DNA of 54,865 nucleotides from an uncultured Candidatus Cloacimonadota bacterium (GTDB taxonomy: Bacteria; Cloacimonadota; Cloacimonadia; Cloacimonadales; TCS61), in NCBI GenBank assembly GCA_964578365.1, contig CAZOCS010000002.1, forward strand, positions 1 to 54,865, given 5' to 3'. Of this stretch, positions 26,584 through 35,683 are shown in pieces; the first letter of the stretch is position 1; every line of letters starts with the position of its first letter. The notes beneath the pieces were generated by a model. That model ran no database searches, was not told the DNA's origin, and was given only the letters and a program-made list of their open reading frames with translations. The translations under genes and the position numbers were made by a program.

Positions 26584-27270
26584 TTATTCTTTTGCGCCTG
26601 ATTCCTTAAGCAGGGTTATGATATCTGCATGCTCTTCTTCAACAGCGATACTTAAAGGTGTATCTCCTTGTGCTTTTGCATTTACATCAGCATCTACCGA
26701 GATCAAATATTCAACGACTTCGATCTTCCCCCATCTTACGGCAAACATCAGAGCGGTGTATCCTGTTCCATCCTGGGTTACTAATGCATAATTTACATCC
26801 ATTCCTTTATCAATGAGAAACTTAACTGCATCCAGTGATCCGCTATCGGAAAGAACACCAAAGATTGCCTTGATCAATGCGTTTACACCATCTTGTGCAA
26901 TAGGATTAATATCGGCACCTTTTTCTATAAGTAGTTCCATTATTTCAGTAGTCTTAGCGCTTTCTGCTGCCCACATCAACGGAGTGTAATCCCCATGTCC
27001 TTTTAGGTTCACATCTGCTCCATTATCCAATAAAAATTGTACCATATCGATAGAATTATTTCTACAAGCTAAACTCAATAAGCTGGCTTGATAATTTTCT
27101 ACACCTGTTAAATTTGGATCCAAACCTCCATCAAAAAGTTTTTGCAGCGCATCAAAGTCATTTTTATACACAGCATTAGAAGCATCAGATATCTCATCAC
27201 CAAATACAACTTGAATACTGATAATAAATAAGACTAAAATACAAAAAACAATTCTCTTACGAAGTTTCAT
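26584..27270 (-). CDS. Secreted ankyrin-repeat protein
   Basis: 228 aa from ATG 27270 (GGGAGGA upstream). Signal peptide MKLRKRIVFCILVLFIISIQVVFG. Repeats such as LLDNGADVNLKGHGDYTPLMWAA, LIEKGADINP, LISVDADVNAKAQGDTPLSIAV. Confidence 0.8.
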   Translation of the reverse strand: MKLRKRIVFCILVLFIISIQVVFGDEISDASNAVYKNDFDALQKLFDGGLDPNLTGVENYQASLLSLACRNNSIDMVQFLLDNGADVNLKGHGDYTPLMWAAESAKTTEIMELLIEKGADINPIAQDGVNALIKAIFGVLSDSGSLDAVKFLIDKGMDVNYALVTQDGTGYTALMFAVRWGKIEVVEYLISVDADVNAKAQGDTPLSIAVEEEHADIITLLKESGAKE

Positions 27271-27431
27271 AATAACTCCTCCCTTCATTTGTTAGATGAA
27301 ACGTGTCAATCAGATCAATTTGAAACAACCTTCCTAAACCAAATTTACTTTATCGATAGGTCAAGCTAAAATTATACTTGCACGTTTATTATGTAATTTC
27401 AAAGTGTTTTACAGGATACAGGAGAATTATT

Positions 27432-30170
27432 GTGAGAAAGAAACTATACTTGATCGATGGAACGGCCTTTATTTACAGAGCGTTTTTTGCTTTTATACGT
27501 AATCCTCTATATAATAGTAAGGGGCAGAATACGAGTGCTATTTTCGGTACAATAAATTCATTTATAAAACTGGTAGAAGATTTTAGTCCGGAACATATTG
27601 CCATCTCTTTTGATAGAAAAGAAAAAACCTTCCGTCATGATATCACAGATACATACAAAGCCAACAGACCGCCAGCACCGGATGAACTTCATCAACAGGT
27701 TGAACCTATAAAGGAATTCTTTGCAGCTATTGGCCTGCAGGATATTTCCAAAGCCGGTTATGAAGCTGATGATGTTATAGCCACCTTAGCTGAGAAATAT
27801 AAAAACAAGTTTGATATTGTTATTGTGTCCGGTGATAAAGATTTTGCACAATTGGTGGAAGATAGGGTAACACTTTATGATCCCAAGAAAAGCACAGCCT
27901 TAAAAGCAGAAAATATCAAAGCAAAGTATGATGTAAACCCAGAACAGTTTATAGATTACTTGGCTATTTGTGGTGATAGTGCCGATAATATTCCGGGAGT
28001 AAAGGGGATCGGACCCAAAGGAGCTTCTAAATTATTGAATGAATTTGAAACTCTGGATGGTATTTATGAAAATCTTGAAAAGATACAAGCTAAGGGAATT
28101 TTAGAGAAGTTAACCCAGCACAAAGAAGATGCATATCTTTCTAAAAAATTGGTTACGATCATTCGTGATGTCCCTATTAAGATACCAGATGAAGAACTTA
28201 CTTTTGATAAAAATAAATTACAGAACGGTATAGCTATTTTGAATAGTTTTGAGCTTTCATCAATTGCTAAGAAGATAAAAAAAATATTTTCTCAATCAAA
28301 TACTGAACCGAAAGTAAAAGAGGTGCTAAGCTTCACACAAGAATTTGATTTTAATACGAATGGAACGGAACTGAAATATCAAACAATTCTTACCGATACA
28401 AAAGAGAGTTTTGCTAAGATGCTTACAATGCTTGAAGCAGCTGACATAGTTGCTTTCGATACAGAGACAACCTCTAAAGATCCGCATTTGGCTGAACTGG
28501 TCGGAATTTCAATTTGTGCAGATGTGAATAGATCACACTATATTCCACTTAAGCATCAGATGGCCCAAAATCTTGATCCTGAGGAAGTTCTTACTCAATT
28601 GGAAAAATTACTCAAAGGCAAGATACTTGTTGCTCATAATTCTAAATATGACCTGCTTATTTTAGAAAATGCAGGTTGGAAGATCGAAGAAAATATTTTC
28701 GATACAATGATCGCACACTATCTGATAAATCCAACTTCCAGACACTCACTGGCAAATTGTGCATTAGAAGAATTTGGGCATGAGATGATACCGATCTCCG
28801 AGCTCATAGGAAAAGGCAAAAAACAAATAACATTTGATCTGGTTCCAACTGATCAAGCGGCTAAATATGCTGCTGAAGATGCTTATGTAACCTTTAAATT
28901 ATACAACAGCTATTTAGAAAAATTAAGGAAAAATGAACTTTATGAATTGTTCCAAACTATTGAACTACCTCTTGTTTATGTGCTAGGTAGTATGGAAAAA
29001 AATGGTGTTTACGTTGATAAAGGAATATTAGCTGAATTTTCGAAACGAAATCAGAAAAAGTTGGGTGAACTGACTAAAGAAATATACAAGCTTGCAGGAT
29101 CACAATTTAATCTGAATTCACCACAACAGCTTTCTAAAGTGTTATTTGAAGATCTGGGGATCAAGCCGGAGAAAAAAATAAAAACAGGATTTTCCACAAA
29201 TATTACAGTTCTGGAATCTTTGGCAAAAGAGCATGAAATAGCCAGACTTCTAATTGAATACAGACAGATCTCAAAACTGGAATCAACTTATGTCTCTGCT
29301 ATTCCTGAACTTATCAATCCGAAATCGGGTAGAGTACATTCATCATTCAATCAGACGGTTGCCTCAACCGGAAGGCTATCTTCTTCCAACCCGAATATGC
29401 AGAATATTCCCATACGCACAGAGATGGGTAGAGAGATTCGAAAAGCATTTTGCGCAAGCGATAATGACCATGTGATCCTGTCTGCGGATTATTCTCAGAT
29501 CGAGCTTCGCATTTTGGCAGTTTTATCTGGTGATGATAAGATGATAGATGCTTTTAATAACAAGCAGGATATTCATCGAGAGACTGCCTGCATTGTGTTT
29601 GATGTTGATAAAGAGGACGTTACAGCTGATCAGCGGAGATATGCAAAGATCATTAATTTTGGACTCATGTATGGAATGGGATCCTTCCGGATCTCGCAGG
29701 AACTTGAAATCTCACGCACAGAAGCTAAAGAATTTATAGAAAATTATTTCAGCAAATTTCCAACTATTAAGGAATATATTCATTCCGGTATTCAGCAGGC
29801 AACTATAGATGGATTTGTTACAACAATTTATGGCAGGAAGCTTTTTCTGCCAGATCTTTACAGTTCCAATAAAATGCTGGCAGAAGGAGCAAAGCGTGTT
29901 GCAACCAATATGCCCATCCAGGGAAGTGCGGCGGATATCATCAAAGTTGCCATGATCTCATTACATAAAAGAATTAAGAATAATTTTGATATAAAAATGA
30001 TAATTCAAGTCCATGATGAACTTGTTTTTGAAATACGAAAAGATAAACTGGAAGAAGCCAAAAAACTTATTAGAGAAGAGATGGAAAAAGCAATACCCCA
30101 AAAATATAGTTACATAGTTCCACTTATCGTTGATGTGGGAGTTGGTCAGAACTGGTATGAAGCACATTAG
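27432..30170 (+). CDS. polA: DNA polymerase I (5'-3' exo, 3'-5' exo and polymerase domains)
   Basis: 912 aa from GTG 27432 (AGGAGA upstream). LYLIDGTAFIYRAFFA, GDKDFAQL, ExoI VAFDTETTS, RVHSSFNQTVASTGRLSSSNPNMQNIP, LSADYSQIELRILA, QVHDELVFE. Confidence 0.95.
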   Translation: MRKKLYLIDGTAFIYRAFFAFIRNPLYNSKGQNTSAIFGTINSFIKLVEDFSPEHIAISFDRKEKTFRHDITDTYKANRPPAPDELHQQVEPIKEFFAAIGLQDISKAGYEADDVIATLAEKYKNKFDIVIVSGDKDFAQLVEDRVTLYDPKKSTALKAENIKAKYDVNPEQFIDYLAICGDSADNIPGVKGIGPKGASKLLNEFETLDGIYENLEKIQAKGILEKLTQHKEDAYLSKKLVTIIRDVPIKIPDEELTFDKNKLQNGIAILNSFELSSIAKKIKKIFSQSNTEPKVKEVLSFTQEFDFNTNGTELKYQTILTDTKESFAKMLTMLEAADIVAFDTETTSKDPHLAELVGISICADVNRSHYIPLKHQMAQNLDPEEVLTQLEKLLKGKILVAHNSKYDLLILENAGWKIEENIFDTMIAHYLINPTSRHSLANCALEEFGHEMIPISELIGKGKKQITFDLVPTDQAAKYAAEDAYVTFKLYNSYLEKLRKNELYELFQTIELPLVYVLGSMEKNGVYVDKGILAEFSKRNQKKLGELTKEIYKLAGSQFNLNSPQQLSKVLFEDLGIKPEKKIKTGFSTNITVLESLAKEHEIARLLIEYRQISKLESTYVSAIPELINPKSGRVHSSFNQTVASTGRLSSSNPNMQNIPIRTEMGREIRKAFCASDNDHVILSADYSQIELRILAVLSGDDKMIDAFNNKQDIHRETACIVFDVDKEDVTADQRRYAKIINFGLMYGMGSFRISQELEISRTEAKEFIENYFSKFPTIKEYIHSGIQQATIDGFVTTIYGRKLFLPDLYSSNKMLAEGAKRVATNMPIQGSAADIIKVAMISLHKRIKNNFDIKMIIQVHDELVFEIRKDKLEEAKKLIREEMEKAIPQKYSYIVPLIVDVGVGQNWYEAH

Positions 30171-30201
30171 AAAATTAGGGATTAGGAATTAGGGATTAGG
30201 G
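30166..30201 (+). repeat. Heptamer microsatellite ATTAGRR (ATTAGAA-A-ATTAGGG-ATTAGGA-ATTAGGG-ATTAGGG) starting on the polA TAG stop
   Basis: Read directly. Ends 17 nt before the deoD ATG, just upstream of AAAGGAGG. Confidence 0.8.
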
Positions 30202-30218
30202 ATAGAAAGGAGGATACT

Positions 30219-30923
30219 ATGAGTTTACACATTGAAGCAAAAAAAGGAGAGATCGCAGAAACCATACTTTTGCCGGGAGATCCGTTACGAGCAAAATTTG
30301 TGGCAGAGAATTTTTTGGAAGATGCAATATGTTATAATAAAGTACGTAATATTTTTGGTTATACGGGAACATATAAAGGTAAAAGAATTTCTGTGCAGGG
30401 AACGGGAATGGGAATTCCTTCAATGTCTATCTATGTTACTGAACTTATAAAAGATTACGGTGTAAAGAACCTTGTAAGGATTGGAAGTTGCGGAGCCATA
30501 AAACCGGAAATAAATTTACGGGATGTGATATTAGCCGAAGGAGCATCTACAGATTCCCAAACTAATAAACTTGTTTTTGGCGGAGCAGATTTTGCGGCAA
30601 TTGCCAATTTTGAGTTACTATTAAAAGCTTATAATGTAGTAAAAGAGAAAAAAAAACAGGTTCATGTTGGAAATGTTCTGTCATCTGATATTTTCTATTC
30701 TGATGATCCTGACTTTTGGAAGATCTGGGCAAAATATGGGATTTTGGGAATTGATATGGAAGCTACTGCGCTCTACAGTATTGCTGCAAAATATGGTGTA
30801 AATGCTCTAACGATCCTCACAGTTAGTGATCAAATTATCCGAGGAGAAGCAGCAACCAGTGAAGAGAGGCAAACAGGATTTAGTAAAATGATAGAGATTG
30901 CCTTGGAAACAGTTAGCAAATAA
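30219..30923 (+). CDS. deoD: Purine nucleoside phosphorylase, DeoD type
   Basis: 234 aa. [62 protein letters not shown]. Confidence 0.9.
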   Translation: MSLHIEAKKGEIAETILLPGDPLRAKFVAENFLEDAICYNKVRNIFGYTGTYKGKRISVQGTGMGIPSMSIYVTELIKDYGVKNLVRIGSCGAIKPEINLRDVILAEGASTDSQTNKLVFGGADFAAIANFELLLKAYNVVKEKKKQVHVGNVLSSDIFYSDDPDFWKIWAKYGILGIDMEATALYSIAAKYGVNALTILTVSDQIIRGEAATSEERQTGFSKMIEIALETVSK

Positions 30924-30934
30924 ATGGAGTACTT

Positions 30935-31966
30935 ATGAAAAAGAAGTTTATAAAATTAGCAGTAGATCACACGGAAAAATTATGTAAGATCCCGAGCCCA
31001 AGTGGATTTACAAAATTTGCTACAGATCACCTTATCAAAGAATGCAAAAAAATGGGATTCAAGTCCAAGATGTCTCGCAAACAATCTGTTCTTGTGGATA
31101 TTGGTGGAAAAGGAGAACCTGTGGTTTTAGCAGCTCATGTAGACACTTTAGGTGCAATGGTCCGCTCAATAAAATCTAATGGGAGATTACGTTTTACTAA
31201 GATCGGTGGTTATCCCGGGAATAATGTAGAAGCAGAAAATTGTGTTATTCATACCAGGGACGGGAAAAAATATTCTGGTGCGTTCCAATTGAATAATCCT
31301 GCTGCTCATGTGAATCGTGAGCTTGGAAAAGAAAAACGCACTGATGAAACAATGGAAGTTGTAATAGATGAAAAGGTGAGCAGTATTAAAGATGTAGAAA
31401 AGCTAGGAATATCTACAGGAGATTTTATCTCACTTGATCCACGCACGATAGTTACAAAATCTGGTTTTATAAAAAGCCGACACTTAGATGATAAAGCAAG
31501 TGCTGGAATATTATTAGCTTTAGCACAAATGGTTGCGGATAATGATATCAGTTTAAGTAGAAAAGTTTATTTGCTTTTTACTACATATGAAGAAGTCGGA
31601 CATGGTGGTTCGTCTGGAGTTCCTAAGGATGCTGTTGAGATGATCTCAATTGATATGGGAGCTGTAGGAGATGACTTGAAAACAGATGAACATAAGGTTT
31701 CCATTTGTGCAAAAGATTCCGGAGGTCCATACGACTATGACGTAACTACAAAACTTATACAATTGGCAAAAGAGAATAAGTTGAATTATGCTGTAGATAT
31801 TTATCCGTATTATGGATCGGATGTTGAAGCAACATTACGTGCTGGCTATGATATTAAACATGCTCTTATCGGACCTGGTGTAGCAGCCTCTCACGGTTAT
31901 GAAAGAACTCATTCTGAAGGATTGGAAAATACACTGAAGTTACTGGAATTGTATCTGAGAGATTAG
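30935..31966 (+). CDS. M42-family aminopeptidase (FrvX/YsdC-like)
   Basis: 343 aa. PSPSGFT, AAHVDTLGAMV, HLDDKASAG, TTYEEVGHGGS. Typical M42 layout. Confidence 0.75.
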   Translation: MKKKFIKLAVDHTEKLCKIPSPSGFTKFATDHLIKECKKMGFKSKMSRKQSVLVDIGGKGEPVVLAAHVDTLGAMVRSIKSNGRLRFTKIGGYPGNNVEAENCVIHTRDGKKYSGAFQLNNPAAHVNRELGKEKRTDETMEVVIDEKVSSIKDVEKLGISTGDFISLDPRTIVTKSGFIKSRHLDDKASAGILLALAQMVADNDISLSRKVYLLFTTYEEVGHGGSSGVPKDAVEMISIDMGAVGDDLKTDEHKVSICAKDSGGPYDYDVTTKLIQLAKENKLNYAVDIYPYYGSDVEATLRAGYDIKHALIGPGVAASHGYERTHSEGLENTLKLLELYLRD

Positions 31967-31989
31967 AATTTAGATATTAGAAATTAGAT
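31962..31989 (+). repeat. Heptamer microsatellite ATTAGAA-TTTAGAT-ATTAGAA-ATTAGAT starting on the M42 TAG stop
   Basis: Read directly. Same ATTAGAA unit overlapping a TAG stop as at 30166. Confidence 0.75.
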
Positions 31990-32053
31990 TTCGAAGAAAT
32001 AAAATAATCACGTATTCTGAAAAATAATCTGAATGAATTCCATTAACCGATAA

Positions 32054-32335
32054 CTAGTATTTTCTTTTTTTCTCTTTTCTAATGTTACCACTGCTATTCA
32101 GTTCTGCACCGCAATTGGGGCACGTACAACCACCGTAAAGTGCTTGATTTTGATTTAACGGTTTTCTGATTCTGGGTAATTTTGTTCCACACTTAGCACA
32201 ATATCTTGGTTTGATTATAAGAAAGAAAAAGATAAAAATTGCTAAACAAAAAGTTGAGTAAAAGAGAATATTTACCCAATGGGTAGTAGGTTTTCCAATT
32301 CCAATGAAGTTATTAAGATAAAATCCAATTGCACA
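32054..32335 (-). CDS. Possible small membrane-anchored zinc-ribbon protein; no canonical start codon in frame
   Basis: Open frame (- strand) encodes ...HWVNILFYSTFCLAIFIFFFLIIKPRYCAKCGTKLPRIRKPLNQNQALYGGCTCPNCGAELNSSGNIRKEKKRKY*. One TM helix plus CxxC-x20-CxxC. I find no ATG/GTG/TTG in frame. Confidence 0.3.
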   Translation of the reverse strand, partial: CAIGFYLNNFIGIGKPTTHWVNILFYSTFCLAIFIFFFLIIKPRYCAKCGTKLPRIRKPLNQNQALYGGCTCPNCGAELNSSGNIRKEKKRKY

Positions 32336-32346
32336 TTAATTAGAAT

Positions 32347-33096
32347 TTACCATCCACCAGAAGCACCACCGCCACCGAAGCCACCGCCACCGCCTGAGAA
32401 TCCACCAAATCCTCCACCAAATCCGCTGCTGCCTCTGCTGCGTCCACCACCACTTAACATGCTGCCCAGGAATAAGGCTGTAAACAATCCGCCTCTTCTT
32501 CTTCCCAGTCCACCAAAAACGAACATGAATAAGAAAATGATAAGTCCAAATGGGATCTGCTTACGCTTTCCTGCCTTTTGCTGTTGATTATACTTTGCAA
32601 GCTCTTCATCAGTGATCTCAAAATTTTCTGTGACAAGACCACTGATTGCAAGAAGTCCGTTTGTGATCCCACCGGTAAAATCTCCCTTTTTAAAACCGGG
32701 AACCATATAATTCCTGATAATATATCCACTCTTTGCATCGGTGATAATTGATTCGAGCCCATAACCAACTTCAATACGGATCTTCTTCTCATTTAATGCA
32801 ACAAGCAATAGAACACCATTATCATATTCTTTCTGACCCAGTTTCCAAGTTTGAGCAACTCTCAGGGAATAATCTTCTAAATTTTCACCTTGCAATGAAG
32901 AGATGGTAAGCAGTGCAACCTGTGAGGAAGTTTTAGCTTCAACATCACGCAAGAGTGCCTCTAATTTCTCCTCATCTTTAGAATTAATTATGTTAGCATA
33001 GTCATTGACTGCACTTTTTAATTTTGGAACATCCAGAGATAATAAAGTACTTCCCAACAAAACAAACACAATTGATATTATTATTATCTTTTTCAT
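32347..33096 (-). CDS. TPM-domain protein (YgcG-like) with signal peptide, TM helix and Gly-rich tail
   Basis: 249 aa from ATG 33096 (GGAGA upstream; the stop of the upstream gene is at 33098-33100). VNDYANII...QVALLTI...GVLLLVALNEKKIRIEVGYGLE. Tail GGGFGGFSGGGGGFGGGGASGGW. Confidence 0.8.
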   Translation of the reverse strand: MKKIIIISIVFVLLGSTLLSLDVPKLKSAVNDYANIINSKDEEKLEALLRDVEAKTSSQVALLTISSLQGENLEDYSLRVAQTWKLGQKEYDNGVLLLVALNEKKIRIEVGYGLESIITDAKSGYIIRNYMVPGFKKGDFTGGITNGLLAISGLVTENFEITDEELAKYNQQQKAGKRKQIPFGLIIFLFMFVFGGLGRRRGGLFTALFLGSMLSGGGRSRGSSGFGGGFGGFSGGGGGFGGGGASGGW

Positions 33097-33097
33097 T

Positions 33098-33772
33098 TTA
33101 TTTCTCCAGGATATCGATATCATCAGTTAGTTCATTCTTGTCATCAGTTTGGATGGGGAAGTGCTCTGCTAGCAGATTTCCGCACTCGTTGATAGATTCC
33201 ACAAGATGGTCGGCAATCTCTTTTCGTCTGATACCCGTGAGAATGTTATCTACAATATTCTGCCATTTTTCTGGTGAGATCTTATCATTTATTCCGCTGT
33301 CTGCCAGCAGTTCTACTCTTCGTTCCATAATAGAAATAAAGATCAAAATTCCGGTTCGATCTTTAGTGTTATAAACTCCAGATTCCATAAAATATCTAGT
33401 TGCCCTTTCCCTAACCTTGCGGTTTCTTAGTTTCTTAGGAACGATCAGCCGGTCGATGCTGGAAATATTCCCGATAAAATAGAAGATAGTGATCACAATG
33501 AAGGTAGAAAATCCATAGAACATAACTAGATAATTCACTGAATAATCCCAGAATTTTTCTTGCAGCAGTTGTTCAATATTGCCTACAAAGAACATCATTA
33601 CAATAAAGTATAAAAACCCGATTATTACTGCGAACATCAATTCATAGATAGCATAATTGTAGCTTTCTTTTATCATGGCTGTGGCTATCTCTCCCGAAGT
33701 TTTACCCTCTGCATTTTTTACAGCTGAGCTTATTTTTTTCATATCATCTTTGTTTAATTTGAAACCTGACAT
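33098..33772 (-). CDS. TPM-domain membrane protein
   Basis: 224 aa. IKNAEGKTSGEI, two TM helices, TGILIFISIMERRVELLADSGINDKI. Confidence 0.75.
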   Translation of the reverse strand: MSGFKLNKDDMKKISSAVKNAEGKTSGEIATAMIKESYNYAIYELMFAVIIGFLYFIVMMFFVGNIEQLLQEKFWDYSVNYLVMFYGFSTFIVITIFYFIGNISSIDRLIVPKKLRNRKVRERATRYFMESGVYNTKDRTGILIFISIMERRVELLADSGINDKISPEKWQNIVDNILTGIRRKEIADHLVESINECGNLLAEHFPIQTDDKNELTDDIDILEK

Positions 33773-33876
33773 CTCAATACTCCTTTATTCTTACCCGCTA
33801 AACACGAGAAGACTAGAACAAATTTATACCTCATTTCCCTTTCGCGTTCTTTGGTGTATTTCGCGGGAATTTCTTA

Positions 33877-34488
33877 CTAAAATTCTACCTTTGGTGCTTC
33901 CTCGGCACCTTCAGTAGATTTGAAATATTGTTTTTCATCGAAGCCGAACATATTTGCAAGAATAACTTTTGGGAACATCTTGATATATGTATTGTAAAAT
34001 CTGGCAGCTTCGTTAAATCTTTTACGTTCAACTGCGATACGGTTCTCCGTTCCTTCCAGCTGATCTTGCAGAGCAAGGAAATTCTGATTAGCTTTGAGAT
34101 CGGGATATTTTTCCATAACAACCATCAATCTTTGCAACGCTCCACCCAGACTGCTTTGGGCTTGCTGGAATTTTTGGAACATAGCCGGATCATTAAGTAC
34201 TTGATCGGAAATATTGAAAGTTCCTCCAGCTTTTGCACGAGCTTCTGTAACTGCAGTAAATGTTTCTTTTTCGTGTGCAGCATAACCCTTCACGGTATTA
34301 ACAAGATTAGGGATAAGATCATATCTACGTTGATATACATTCTCAACCTGACTCCATTTTTCTTTAACGCCTTCATCTAATTTTACCATATTGTTGTAAG
34401 TTCCAATTATACTGGAAATCATTATAATTATAAGAATAACTACTACGCCGATAGCAATTAGGCAACCCTTCTTTGCATTTTTACTCAT
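33877..34488 (-). CDS. lemA: LemA family protein
   Basis: 203 aa. N-terminal TM helix. YNNMVKLDEGVKEKWSQVENVYQRRYDLIPNLV...EGTENRIAVERKRFNEAARFYNTYIKMFP. Confidence 0.9.
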   Translation of the reverse strand: MSKNAKKGCLIAIGVVVILIIIMISSIIGTYNNMVKLDEGVKEKWSQVENVYQRRYDLIPNLVNTVKGYAAHEKETFTAVTEARAKAGGTFNISDQVLNDPAMFQKFQQAQSSLGGALQRLMVVMEKYPDLKANQNFLALQDQLEGTENRIAVERKRFNEAARFYNTYIKMFPKVILANMFGFDEKQYFKSTEGAEEAPKVEF

Positions 34489-34500
34489 TATTATCTCCTT

Positions 34501-35085
34501 TTATTGTAATAATCCTTCATCAAAATCTGTACCGAGATAACTCGGCCAGTCTGCCCATGAACCTTCCTGTTCATCACCATCACTAAAAATAAGCCTGTAA
34601 TCTCTGCTTTGGTGTATATCAATAAAAATATATGTCTTATAACTTGTTACTCTATATTTCCAGATCTGATATTCTTTTTGTGCAAACTTTGTACCTGTTC
34701 CTGTATTCAATTTCAATATTTCAAATGGTTTACCATGTTTGATATAAACTCTACCAATATCTGTTTTCCAACCTTTACTGAAATGTGAATAATGATCATT
34801 GCAATATCTAATTCTTGTAATTACTTCCATAAGAAACTCATTGCTTTCTGTTGCCGGATTTGGATCTTGTGCTTCCCAAAAAGCTGAAATATATTCCCAT
34901 TTATATTCCTTATCAAGTTTCTTGTAGTACTTCCTCTGATTTGGAGATAGGAAGTAGCTTACAAGCTTATATTCATCTTTCAGATCATCGAATACATGAC
35001 CTTTTTTTTGGAAGGTTGGAGCTGGATCTGCTGAAATACCAATAAATAATCCAGCTAAAATTAAAATAAATAGAACTTTTTTCAT
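34501..35085 (-). CDS. GWxTD-domain secreted protein (paralog 1)
   Basis: 194 aa from ATG 35085 (GGAGGT upstream). Signal peptide. FWEAQDPNP, KGWKTDIGRVYIKHGKP. Confidence 0.75.
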   Translation of the reverse strand: MKKVLFILILAGLFIGISADPAPTFQKKGHVFDDLKDEYKLVSYFLSPNQRKYYKKLDKEYKWEYISAFWEAQDPNPATESNEFLMEVITRIRYCNDHYSHFSKGWKTDIGRVYIKHGKPFEILKLNTGTGTKFAQKEYQIWKYRVTSYKTYIFIDIHQSRDYRLIFSDGDEQEGSWADWPSYLGTDFDEGLLQ

Positions 35086-35089
35086 CTTA

Positions 35090-35683
35090 TTACCTCCAAT
35101 AATGTAACGATTCCTCATCAAAAGTTGAGTCAAGTAGATTCTCCCAATATTCTTTCGAACCACCTTGTTTATCACCATCCCAGAAAACAAGTCTAAAATC
35201 TCCATGCTGCTGTAGATCTATAAATAAGAAAGTTTGATAATTTGAAATAACATATTTCCAGATTTGATAATCTTTTGGTTTTAGTACACTAATATGCTCG
35301 GTAGTTAATTCTAATACTTCAAACGGCTCACCAAGCATGATATGAACTTTGCCCATATCTGTTTTCCAACCTTTCTTAAAATGCGAAAAATGTTTGTTTG
35401 AATATTTAATTCTGGTGATGATTTCCTGCTGGAATTCATTGTCCGCTGTTTTCGGATTTGGATCTTGTACTTTCCAAAAAGCAAAAAGAAATTCCCATTT
35501 GTCTTCTATTTTAAGTGTTTTGTAATACTTTTTCTGATTTGTATTAAGAAAATAACTTACAAGCTTGTATTCATCTTTCAAATCACTAAAAACATGACCC
35601 TCTTTTTGGGGAAGCATGATATGCTCTGCAGAAATCCCAAGAGATATCCCAAATAAAATTACTATAAGTAATATTCTTTTCAT
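35090..35683 (-). CDS. GWxTD-domain secreted protein (paralog 2)
   Basis: 197 aa. Signal peptide. FWKVQDPNP, KGWKTDMGKVHIMLGEP. Alignable with paralog 1 over its full length. Confidence 0.75.
   Translation of the reverse strand: MKRILLIVILFGISLGISAEHIMLPQKEGHVFSDLKDEYKLVSYFLNTNQKKYYKTLKIEDKWEFLFAFWKVQDPNPKTADNEFQQEIITRIKYSNKHFSHFKKGWKTDMGKVHIMLGEPFEVLELTTEHISVLKPKDYQIWKYVISNYQTFLFIDLQQHGDFRLVFWDGDKQGGSKEYWENLLDSTFDEESLHYWR

Noticed and set aside
27378-27431. TTG-initiated 18-codon extension of polA.
   Set aside because: GTG 27432 is preceded by AGGAGA at proper spacing, and the conserved 5'-nuclease N-terminus (KKLYLIDGTAFIYRAFFA) begins right there.
30166-30201. TTAGGG-type repeats as telomere sequence or eukaryotic contamination.
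   Set aside because: There are only four or five units, with a 7-nt period, embedded between two ordinary bacterial genes with RBSs. A telomeric function is not credible. It is kept only as a microsatellite observation.
32279-32587. 102-aa proline-rich ORF on the + strand (PPEAPPPPKPPPPPENPPNPPPNP...).
   Set aside because: It is the antisense reading of the Gly-rich tail (GGGFGGFSGGGGGFGGGG) of the TPM-domain gene on the - strand. It has no RBS. It is a compositional artefact.
35086-35205. 40-codon N-terminal extension of the first GWxTD gene (ORF track start at 35205). Similar extended starts occur at 13279, 14285, 15720, 22630, 27288, 33123, 47147 and 50050.
   Set aside because: In each case an internal ATG with a good Shine-Dalgarno gives a signal peptide or the conserved N-terminus, and the extension would overlap the upstream gene.
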